A stretch of 64,000 nt of DNA from Octopus vulgaris (lineage: Eukaryota), in the NCBI GenBank assembly GCA_951406725.2, contig OX597828.1, positions 4,402,001-4,466,000 of the forward strand, in the 5' to 3' direction. The notes under the pieces were generated by a model. It had not been told where the DNA came from and searched no databases. It was given only the letters and a program-made list of their open reading frames with translations. Position 1 is the stretch's first letter, and each line of letters begins with the position of its first letter. Positions 12,716-24,260 of this stretch are shown here, in pieces. Made by a program: the position numbers and the translations under genes.

Positions 12716-12759
12716 ATAATAATAAAAAAAAAAAAAAATAAATAAAAAAAAAAAAAAAA

Positions 12760-12799
<40 letters not shown>

Positions 12800-13381
12800 C
12801 ATTTTGTGGATGAATTGCTTCAAAGGAATAACAATAATTTATGAATTGACAAGACATCACAAATGGCAGAAGAAAATTCAAATGTATAACCAAAATAAGT
12901 GCAAGAAGAAACAACTCATATATTTGATATCTGATATGTTATGATTCCTTTCATCAATTTATTTGGTGACAGGTTTTACTTCATCCATATTTGTTAAATA
13001 GTGAGAATTAACAATTATTTCGTTGTAATAAAATAGTGACTCCATCATGAAAAATGAACATGAATTAAGTTACATTCAAACTGAAGAGTATTTTGATAAT
13101 GAGTTGCGTTCAATAAAATAATTAAAGTGAAATCGACATTGATTGCAAGAAGATTAATTCAAATTAAAACTGTTTGAATTCATATTATTTAATAGTGAAA
13201 AAGAAGGTACAATCAGTGGGATACTGTCAAAAATATCTTCCATGATAATTTTCTTGAAAGCTGAATAAATGTAAACAATTCTATAAAGATATGCATACAT
13301 AGATACATACATACGTACAGGCATGCGTGCGTGTAAGTGTCTGTGTGTGCTTGTGTTAGTAAGTATATGTATGTATATGTA

Positions 13382-14281
13382 AAAGGTAGTAACAAAAAGT
13401 TCCCGGACAAGTTCTGTTGCACGCCAACAGACGGCAGCACGCAGTTGCATACATAGTGAAAGCTACCAGTGACATTCCTGAGGCAGTGTAACGAGTGACA
13501 TTGCTGAGTTTACTTCGCTTGTTGTGAAATTTGTGTTTTAGTGGTCAGGTGTATGATGTAGTCTGCGATTTTTATCATGGACAGGAAGTTGGAAGAATTG
13601 GCCGACGCGAAATTTTCTGTTAAACTTGGGAAATCTGCTATAGCGACATTGAGCATGCTTCGGCAAGCTTACGATGAAGAAGCAATGGGGCATAGGCAAT
13701 GTTTCAAGTGGCACGGTCCTTTCAAAAACAGAAGAACGTCCCTAGAAGACGATGACTGATCAAGAAGATCTGTCGCAAGTATCACTCGTACAAATATGGA
13801 GAAATTTCATTAGATGTGCATAAAAATTATCGAAGGACAATCAAAGACATTGCAGAGGTTGTTGGTCTGTGGTATGGGTTTGTGCTATTGTAACGTCTGG
13901 ATTCTTCCCGACAACAATGTACCCTGTCATTGAGCTCTCCACACTCGTGTGATCCCCTCCAAAAACAACTTGGTATCATTTCCACCGCTGCCCTATTTGT
14001 CAGATTTAGCACATGACGATTTCTTTCTCTTCCCTAAAATGAAAATGCGGCTCAAAGGTCACCGTTTAAACACTGTTCCGAAATCAAGAGCAAATAGCAG
14101 AAGCTCCTCGATTCACTTGCATATACGACTTCCTGGGCGGATTCCAAAAGTGGCAGGAAGGATAGGACCGGGCTGTTGCTGTGCCAAATGACTATTTCGG
14201 AAGAGATCATGTTAAATCTTAAGTAATTAAGTTATTTATTATTAAGCATAACTAGTCCGGGAACTCTTTGATACCATCTCG
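13382..14281 (+). mobile_element. Internally deleted mariner transposon with both TIRs
   Basis: TIRs aaaggtagtaacaaaaagttcccggac and gtccgggaactctttgataccatctcg with TA flanks; N-terminus KFSVKLGKSAIATLSMLRQAYDEEAM..CFKWH..FKNRRTSLEDD; C-terminus PYLSDLAHDDFFLFPKMK (YSPDLAP-like); central catalytic region missing. Confidence 0.9.
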
Positions 14282-15038
14282 TATATAAATATGTATGTAG
14301 GTATATACATGTATTCGTGAGTGTTTATGTAAATATATGTCTGTGAGTGTGTGTGCGTGCGTGTGTGTGTGTGTGTGTGTATGTGCGTGCGTGCGTGTGT
14401 GTGCGCGTTGTGTGTGTCTATGTATGTATACAAATAAATTGTTGTGAAATCCTGACACCCCTGTGGGATAGCAACTGAACTGGCCTAAACCTTATAATGG
14501 CGCGTGTGTACTGACAATGAGACGTGCAGTGTGGTGTGTCAGTCGCCTTTGCGAAGGCAGTCGTAGAAGTCGTTGAGAAGAGATTTATGTTTGTTAGATG
14601 CTTGTTAGTGATTTAGTCTTTGTAGTATTATAACACTGTTACAGTGTAGTCTCTATCCAAACAAGAGGATATAATATAAATACATGCAAAGACACATACA
14701 ATAATGTATGTATAGATTACGAGGGTCAAATAGATGATTCCTTTATATTAAAAGAGATACAGTGGATAATCGACAATAAGTAGACAATTATTACTTTAAA
14801 CATTTTGAAGAAGATTGTGTGTTAATCGGACTAGGGTATCACCAGAGACTCAATGGTTCTTATAAGGATTTTAATACCAATATACCTAATTGACCTGATA
14901 GACCAGTGAGCTTTCGTTTGGTAAATCATACACTATACAAATTATATGTAACAGGTTTATGTACATATGGACGAGAAATGACCATTCGCTCCTTATATAT
15001 TATTATTAGTATTAACAATGGCACTCTTCGGTTTTTGG

Positions 15039-15049
15039 TACTACTGCTG

Positions 15050-15097
<48 letters not shown>

Positions 15098-15098
15098 T

Positions 15099-15154
<56 letters not shown>

Positions 15155-15192
15155 ATACTACTACTATTATTATTATTATTATTATTATTATT
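15039..15192. repeat. (CTA)n(TTA)n microsatellite
   Basis: Visible directly. Confidence 0.95.
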
Positions 15193-15718
15193 GCGTGAGA
15201 GAGCAGTGCATGTCATCAAAGATGACCCTGGGGTGCAATTATACGAAGCCCAATATACCCATCATGACTACGCGTCATGATAAGGATAGTTATGATGGTA
15301 TACCAAGCACATGCATGGCAACCATATGTGCGACATGGTGATATCCTATCAAGATACATAGCACATGACCCTGCTGGTGGGGCTCAGTTAGAATTTTCGT
15401 TAGGTTAGTAACCCATCTCGCTCAAAAAGTCTCTGAATAAGATTTGTTTAAGGATGATGAACGAAACACCCTTGTTTGAGGATGATGAACGAAACACGCA
15501 TGTCTAAGGATGTTGAACGAACACCCATGTTTCTAGAGGTGAATAATCCAAACCCCAAAGGATCCCGCTCTACACATGGCTATGATGCTCCCTCGCTACT
15601 TCTGTGCGTATCAGAGATGCACATATCGTCAGCTACCAAAGGTCAAGCTCACCTGGTTGACTTCAACCAATTGACAAGTAAATCTGTTGACTTGTACTGA
15701 ATATTTACTGTAGCTCAT
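15193..15718 (-). mobile_element. Non-coding interspersed element embedded in (AAT)n; homologous to about 32884-33141
   Basis: ggtggggctcagttagaattttc...agtaacccatc...ctgaataag..tgtttaaggatg.tgaacgaaacaccc is the reverse complement of 33030-33141; (TTA)n on both sides. Confidence 0.75.
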
Positions 15719-15724
15719 TTTTTG

Positions 15725-15748
15725 TTATTATTATTATTATTATTATTA

Positions 15749-15824
<76 letters not shown>

Positions 15825-15886
15825 CATCATCATTTATAGTAGCAGAATTAAGTGAATGACTACAAATGCACAGACACGCACGCACA

Positions 15887-15939
<53 letters not shown>

Positions 15940-15970
15940 TCAGAGAGAGAGAGAGAGAGAGAGAGCGAGA
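15725..15970. repeat. (TTA)n, (CA)n and (GA)n microsatellites
   Basis: Visible directly. Confidence 0.9.
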
Positions 15971-16767
15971 AAGGGAAAGTGAGAGTGAGAGAGAGTTATA
16001 TATAATACAAGTGCGAGACAAGAAAGGAAGCGACAATCTGCAGATACATATGCATACACACACACACACATGCAAGCATATATATATATAGATAGATATA
16101 CATATATACAAATGCATATATGGGTACAAGACGTCATCAACAGTAAACAACATGAAATACGAAACCAAATGAGTTCAATTCGCGGACAGCGAGAGAAACA
16201 AATGGAAAACAGGACAAGTATCATAAAGAACGACCCTTCATCAGTTTTCGGCTGTCTCTCTACTCCTCATTTCGAGCTCACATAAGTACCAAAATAAAAT
16301 TTGGGATTTGTGGAGGGTCAAAGTTGCAAACAAAAACAGGACAGTGGAAGCATACAGGGAAAGCGAACGAAAATAAACATGGAGGGTTATTAGACAAGAA
16401 TGAGGGTAAAATTGCAAACGCTGGAGAAATATTTTCTTTGAAAAGAAAAAAAGATATAAGAAAGAGATAAGGATACGTCCAGTCCTTAGGACACTCCTGA
16501 AAGAAAAGAAAGATGATCACGTCAGGAAAATAAAGATGGACGATGGTCACGTGTGAGCAGTGAGAGAGAGTGAAAAAAAGAGAGAAAGGGAGAGTGAGTG
16601 AAACAGATAGAAAACTGAAAAAAGAGATAAAGGGAATTAGAGAACAGGATGAAAGAGAAATCGATGGGGGAAAACAGTATAGAGTAGCGTCGCATCACAA
16701 AGATTAAGATTAACTTAATTGGAAATTGATGCGTGGCATTCAACGAAATAATAAATAATATACAAAT

Positions 16768-16815
16768 ATATATATATACACTCACAAACACACACACACA
16801 TATACACATATACAC

Positions 16816-16865
<50 letters not shown>

Positions 16866-16939
16866 ATATATATATGTATATATATATATATCTGTGTGTG
16901 TATATATATATGTATGTATATATATATATACATATGCAT

Positions 16940-17016
<77 letters not shown>

Positions 17017-17060
17017 TATACATATATATATATATATGCGTATACATATACATATATGCA
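16768..17060. repeat. Compound TA/CA/TG microsatellite
   Basis: Visible directly; source of the poly-IY ORFs. Confidence 0.95.
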
Positions 17061-20000
17061 TAGGCATATATGGGTATAGGACGTCACCAACAGTAACAAC
17101 ATTATGTATATATAATACTTACTAGTTTTTGAAGAACCCTATAACAAATGAAAAGTTTGTTTATTTGTTAAAACCCGTATTTCTATCCAGATCTTGTTAT
17201 TGATCTAACGTCATTTCTATAATATTTCTTGAACCATGGTTGCGTTTAACATTAAAACAAGTTTAGACCTATTCACACACAAGTGCGCAGACGCTCAAAT
17301 GATCAGACACACAGACACACAGACACACATACGCGCCCATACATACACGCACAGACACTCACGCACAGATAAATATGTTCATACTTGCGTATTTACGCGC
17401 GCGCGTGTGTGTGAGTGTGTGTGTGTGTGTATGTCTGTGTGTGTGTGTATGTTTGTGTGTGTGTGTGTATGTGTGTGTGTGTGGTTGCCCTTATACGTGT
17501 GTATATATACAGGTTTGCAGGAATGTTTTTATCGTAGCAAAATTTTTGCCACTTTTAATCACCGTTGACTTCTGATAACATTCGTTGAAATTCATTTTTA
17601 TGGTTAGTATTTAGTATAGTGTGTGAGATGAATTTCGAAATTGTGCCTGTATACCAGTCTCATATCGTAGCACATATATTAATTGTATTCAAGTTAAGGA
17701 GATTTTCCATAGAACCCTCTAAATTCCCTTTGCAATTTCATCTCTCTTCTACATTCAAGACATTATTCAATACACACTGAATTATCTCGAAATAAATTAC
17801 ACAATTTCAGATATTTGAATAAATATCTCTGTATGATATATGCGTATTTCTATGAACGAACGATTTTCAGCGAATGCATACGTGTTAGCCTGTGCGTAAA
17901 TGTATTACGTAAAATTACCGATACCATTTATGACCAAGGTGCATTGTTAGCAGTCCCATTTCGGTAACATTTATGCAACTATGATAACATCATATTTTCA
18001 TATTTATATCAAAATTTGCATCGTTAATAAATGTAGAAGACTCACTGAGAATTCTCGTTAGTTTTGTAATGCATTGTCGTATTTTACTCTCTATTATTCA
18101 CAATTCTGAATCAGCTCTGTCACATATAAATGCAAGCACATATATTAACACACAGAGAAATCCTGTGGCTGACTCGGTGTTTCCACATATGCAGACACAT
18201 AGCAATATGCGTGATTTAATATTATACCGTTTTTTTTTGTTTTTTTTCCTGTAATATATATTATTTCACAAGCAAAATCCATTCATACCACTAATATAAT
18301 CACCTGACTCTTTCGCGAAATAATTCCCATTGGATATCGAGAGGAATAAAAACAATTATACACTTTACGGATGTTGAATGTTGCGCTTTCCTGCATTTTA
18401 ATCGTCGCAGTTTAATGTTTTGGCTTTACATCTTTCTATACATCTATAGTTTCTTTCTCTTTTTCAATTTAATACTTTGTTCGTTTTCGATTTTCATTCG
18501 TTCCTTCCTTCTTTTTCAATTCACAACATAATGCGTTGTAGCACACAACATTGATATTAAACAATAGTTTATGGAGATCTTTGGATATTTGACCTCAAAC
18601 ACATTTTATCTTTGTAGAATGGCGTGTCATCCTTATATTAGTTCAACATTGCAATATATTTTCCCCGAAGGAAATAAATTTCCCACATAAAAAGCATGTG
18701 AAAATGAAGATAGTGAAAACCAGAAAAAAGAAATCATGTAATAAAAGTGTATAAATAATTGTTTTCAAATAAAATATAGACAAAAAATAAATGCAATCAA
18801 ATACCCCGTAAATGTGTTCACACTACTTTTCACTTAATTATCTCCCTGAGTTTAACAGTTTTCACACTATTCACAATGAGGTTTGGTGTTATGGCACAAC
18901 CATAATACACGAGCAAATACACACACAGAGACACACACAGACACACACACACACGCACAGACACTGGTATGCGCGCACACACATGCACAGATATTAATAA
19001 GAAGACAGTATAAAGGCGTGAACAGTGGCTGCTGTAAACGAGTTATTTGTGTGCTTTTATGAAATCTGTAGAAAATACGCCAAGAGTATCATGTTAGGAT
19101 TAATTCACATTGTCTTTCATTGACTACTCTGAAATAATGAGCAAAAAAGCCTCATTAATTATGAATTAGTTTTCTTATATGAAGCAGATAGCAGATATTT
19201 CTGCTATAATTATCTACTGAAATCTATTTTTTCTGCTACTCGAATAAAGCATATGCACTATTTTTATCTCTATAGGATAATTGATTAGTTACGTGGTCAG
19301 AACAGGCTAAGCACGTTCCTTCTTTCTTCCCCCAGTCCTCCTTCTCTCTTTCTTTACACATATACACACACACACATATATATATGCGAGTATGTGCACG
19401 TGCGCATCCAAAGTTCGAACGTTGTGAGTTGGCTCATCCTTATTTGATGTTTATAATGAGAAATAAGCAAATGAATTAATTTATGAAAGATATAACTGCA
19501 TCTGTGCGCGTAATGTATTATTGAATATTATGAGCGGTAGCAATTTGAGAATTTTTTTTAATTTGTAGAATATGCTTCATTATCGTGATACTACTGATCC
19601 ACACAATGCAATTCACAGGACTAATATTTAAGAATATCTTTATTTGTAAAATTAGAATCGTTTCTAATTGAGACACAAGCTCGCAATTTGTAGCTGAGAA
19701 GAAATGTTTTATTTTTTCGTCTCCGGAGGGAAGAAAACAAATTTAGTCTTGCTGACATTCGAATTCAGAAATTCAATATACGGAACGCATTTTCCCCTAT
19801 TCTCTTAAGACTGAACTATTTGATGACAATGTGGCTGTTTTCCTCTATGGCATCTGGGTCCTATGTTTTTATACTCGGGCAGATTACCCATCTGGAATAG
19901 CAAACATAAATACGTATTGGCAGAAATATCAAAAATAAAATAAAATATTTAAACAGTAGATATAAACATACTTATAAATGTGGGGAATCACAACATACAC

Positions 20001-20197
20001 GTCAAATGATGTGTCAAATTGAGCAAAGTAATTTTGATTCAGTAATTTATGTTTTAAGAAATGACCCTTGGAGTAAGTAAATTCGCTTCTCGTGATGATT
20101 GAAAGAAAAGAAAAATATAGGGAATTATGAAAAGATTCTTGTCGTTTGGATTTCATAAGATATATCTACTCCATATATTCATACAGGTATGCATGCA

Positions 20198-21060
20198 TGC
20201 AACACCTATCTGTATTCGGATTGTCCTTGCACAGGGGCCATCCTGATTCCCGTTTTTGCCGTGAACAGGATTTAATGTTCTCTCTTCGCTCCTTTGCGCC
20301 ACATGGACTCAACTCTCCTTCCCTCTTCATCTAACCTCCTCCACGCTCCTCACTCCCTCTCACACCTACTTCCTCTCACCCACTTCTCCTCTCTTACTCC
20401 AACTTATACTTCTCGTCACTACTACTCTCATTTCTTGTCTGCACTCCTACTCACCTTCTCCCTTCCCACTTCATCATCCCTCCTTCCTTCCTTCGTAACC
20501 CCACCTCACCCCACACAATTCACCCCCACATTCTCCATCAATCACATCCCAACCCTTACACCTACTCCCACATTCCCCACCTTCAGCCTAACCCATACAC
20601 CACACTTGCTTTCCCAACTCTCACCGCCCCCACCTCCCAACAGCATCACACTACACCACACACCACTACACCATACACCACCATACCACACAACTTCACA
20701 TCACATCACACCACCCCGCACACACTAGCACTGACCACTTCCAAGCCTCACATACACACACGCACACGTCAAGGTCACCAGCCTTCTACGTGCACATACA
20801 AACTCTCTTATACACTCGCACGCGCACCTTCGTTTTGAGATCACGACTATTTTATCATCTTCCCTTTTTCCTAGCACTCCTGTGTGAGACCTCTGTCCGG
20901 CATTCCCCATGATAGATCGCTAGCCACTACACATTCTTTATTTTCTCTCCTTGGTTCTTTCTGTGTTACTTTCTGTGGAAGAGCGTAGGTTCGAAATGTT
21001 AAAGTCATTTTCACTTCCTGAGCAATAAACTAATACATCTGTTTGGAGTCTAAACCACCT
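20198..21060 (+). mobile_element. Penelope-like element 3' end (GIY-YIG C-terminus, C-rich UTR, terminal repeat)
   Basis: QHLSVFGLSLHRGHPDSRFCREQDLMFSLRSFAPHGLN* is a typical PLE end; caacacctatctgtattcgga matches 63980-64000; terminal motif cttcctgagc..ctaatac is shared with 51770-51795. Confidence 0.8.
20968..21005 (+). ncRNA. Degenerate minimal hammerhead ribozyme motif (PLE terminal repeat)
   Basis: acttt-CTGTGGA-A-GAGC-gtag-GTTC-GAAA-tgtt-aaagt: stem I acttt/aaagt, stem II GAGC/GTTC; core differs from CUGANGA at one position. Confidence 0.5.
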
Positions 21061-21524
21061 GGCTTCGTCTTTTTTTCTGAATTTTCCCTATATACATACA
21101 CACACACAATGATAGAGTTAGGTGTTAAATATAAGCCTAAGGGATATTAGATATCCAAAGAACTTACTGGGTATTTATCTATATGAATAATATTGATATG
21201 AATTACCGCTTATAACAGATAGGCAAAGGATAAACACTCAGTTTATCAAAATATTAATATATATTATAAATCGAAACAAAATAATAAAATTAAAAAATCA
21301 AAAAAGCTTAATCATTAAATGATAAATTCAATTCAATTTTATTATATCTATACAAACAAATGACAACTCTAGTTACAGCTGTTTCCCTATCATTAAAGAA
21401 CAGAGTGGGGGGAGGGACAGCTTCGGCTATTTCCGTACATGTTGAAAAACATAGATGATTTAACCCAAAAACACCTATAATTCTTCTTGATACGAAAACG
21501 AAGCTTAGCCTTCTTTGACATTTG

Positions 21525-21526
<2 letters not shown>

Positions 21527-21573
<47 letters not shown>

Positions 21574-21578
21574 TACAT

Positions 21579-21625
<47 letters not shown>

Positions 21626-21687
21626 CGTACATATATATATACACACACACACATACATACATATATAAATATATCTATATCTCTATC

Positions 21688-21728
<41 letters not shown>

Positions 21729-21782
21729 ATATATATATATATATATATATATGTTTGTGTGTGTATCTATGTGTGTGTGTGT
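21527..21782. repeat. Compound TA/CA/CTAT/TG microsatellite
   Basis: Visible directly. Confidence 0.95.
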
Positions 21783-22598
21783 GTTACCCCCTCCGAATTT
21801 AGCGTTTCGGCAAAAGAGGCCTAGTGAGAGGGTAAATTGAGAGAAGGTGGAGAGAGAGTGAGAGAGAGAGAGAGTGAGAAAGAAGGAGATACACACTCAG
21901 CACTGGGCTATTTTATTTACTGACACTTAACAGACCAAAGTCAATATTGATACGATGAAATTTGAACTCAGAATACAGCGAACCAGACAATGCATTTTGA
22001 TAATGTTGCGAATGGGCCACTCAACCTGAACGCGGCACAGCAGAGTGTGCAACAAATTCGTATGGCTCATAAATAATTCTCGATGAGGAAGCGAGTATCT
22101 TTGTCAAGGGTTCGAATGATCACTTCCTAAATACGATTCCTTTATGTATCCTTATTCTTTTGTCACCGGATTTCTCAATGTGCAATGTAATCTTTGATGT
22201 CTTCCAGGTGGCAATTCCCGAAAGGGCAACAGCTTGTAATGGAGAAATATTAGTGAATACCTACATGTGCGTGCATCTTCATGAGTCGTTGTCCAAGACA
22301 AGCATCAGAGCATATAAAATGCTTTTGTCTTTGCGTTTGATAGGACAAAGTGCCATATTGGGCTATTCGTATATCAATTTCTTCCCTCTAACTTTGGTTG
22401 TAAATTGTGGTTTAAACTACTATCATTAAAGAGTTAATCGATAATTGACCTTATTTGAGAAATAATATGAAATTAGTAGATAATTCTAAAAGTCGTGGAT
22501 TATACCTCAGGCCTTACTGTATTGCAATTAAATTTCGTTTACATTGTGATATTAAATTTTGAGTCACATAAATGTAGTGAGATGAATGTTAATATATA

Positions 22599-23700
22599 GA
22601 GGGTGCGTAAGATTTCTGAGAACAGATATATGTTTGTAAAATAAAAACAGATATATAATGACAGATAATAACTTTATCAAAAAATACTATGAAGATAAAA
22701 ATAAACCTTCTTTTCTGTAATGTTATTAATAAAGCCATCTTCAGCTACAACAGCTTCTTCTATATGAGATCTAAATCCTCTACATACTCGAATCAAGAGA
22801 CCCTGGTCCATTTTGGACATTACTCTGACTATGGCAGCTTCCAAAGAATCTTTAGTGTTATGGGCGTGTTCATTGACCTCTCTCTCAACAACGCTCCACA
22901 TCTAATAGTCCAATGGATTGAGATCTGGAGAATTAGGAGGCCAAATGTTAGAGGTTATGTGATCATGAACATTTCCAGCTATCCATTCCTGTGTTACGAG
23001 AGCCATGTGTGATAGAGTAGAGTCATACTGAAACACATAAGGCCTTCCATTGCATATACTGTCCATCTAGGTGTTAACGGTCCATCTAGGGGTTAACGAT
23101 TATTTTCAGGCCCTCAATGTAGGCGGAAGAGTTGATTTTAAGGCATCGTGGAAAGAAGTAAGGGTACATCACATGTCCTTCATCGCTGACAACTCCTAAA
23201 ACCATGACAGTTGTGCCTGCACATAACCATCTGTCGTTTCTTCTGTTAAACTTTTAATCTTGGTCGAAGTTTTCCTTGTTTGAGAAAAAACAGATCAAAT
23301 CTGTTGGATTTTTCAGTTTGATTAAGAGCCTTTTAGATCTGATGTAGTGATTTTCCTTTGCGTTTTCTGACAAACTGATCTTTCCTCATCATGTAAGACA
23401 TATATCTGATGTCTTTGAGGACAACATTTCTGACTGTTCCTTCTGACAAATGGCGATCTTTTGCAATTGACCTCATGGGCTTTCTGGGATTGTATTCAAT
23501 GGTCTGTTGAACTTGCTGCATAAATTCAAGTGCTCTGATGATTTCAGACGTTTAGAATCGCTTTTTATGCTTTGATACTGGTGATACGTTTCCATTTTCA
23601 GTCTCTAAGTCCTTACAAACTTTATAGAGGAAAGATCTGTCAACTTTTAAAAATCGAGATATTTCTAAATCGCTATCGTCAGCCTTTATGATCACAATAA
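22599..23700 (-). mobile_element. Tc1/mariner (maT/DD37D-like) transposase relic
   Basis: Minus strand: NPRKPMRSIAKDRHLSEGTVRNVV (HTH), FFSNKENF, VMVLGVVSDEGHVM, PYVFQYDSTLSH, WPPNSPDLNPLDY*MWSVVE...CRGFRSHIEEAVVAEDGFI; TIR-like ta|gagggtg at 22599. Confidence 0.85.
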
Positions 23701-24260
23701 TATTCCTTGCAGATTTTCCAGTGTCGACATGTTGTAAACTTATTGTTTTGCAAATTTATATATTTTGCTTACACGTGTCATCTAGATACTGTCTTCTCAG
23801 TATTTTCTTCGAAGTCTTAAATGCAATGGTGGATGTTCTGTTGTTAGAGCATTGATCTTGAACATCGATGATAATTTTTTTCTCATTCTGCCTTAATTCT
23901 TGATATTTCTGGTCCCAGTCAACATCTGCCACTTTGGATATTTGCGTTTACAATAGCAGACATAAGTTTGCTTTCTCCAGATTTCCGTTTGCTGGTTAAA
24001 ATGTTGTTTTGCCTTTTGTCGTAATATATAAGCCAAAATAAGCTGTGGTAAGTTTCTGTTGATTTATGGATATTCTGTTTTTATGAGGAATTATTTTGGT
24101 ATCTCGCAATTTCCAGAAGGTTGTTGGTGATGTGGTTTTGCGGTCTATCATGGTGTTTCAAGATTGACCTCTATCTTCACCTGATTCGGATCTGAAAATA
24201 GTGTTAGTATCTGCTTTGCGATTGCACATTTTAGCTACTGTTCGCATTTTATTGTTTTAA
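23700..24260 (-). mobile_element. Possible heavily decayed Penelope-like GIY-YIG region
   Basis: Minus strand ends NKFTTCRHWKICKE* (resembles the PLE terminal CRH..K); KMCNRK upstream; otherwise degraded. Confidence 0.35.

Noticed and set aside
15450-15530. Three short direct repeats resembling a CRISPR array
   Set aside because: There are no unique spacers and no cas genes, and the context is eukaryotic; this is a local slippage triplication
16522-17125. Overlapping IY/CV/HT-repeat ORFs (also near 21300, 30000, 46600, 52000, 58800 and 63000)
   Set aside because: Dinucleotide and tetranucleotide microsatellites lack stop codons
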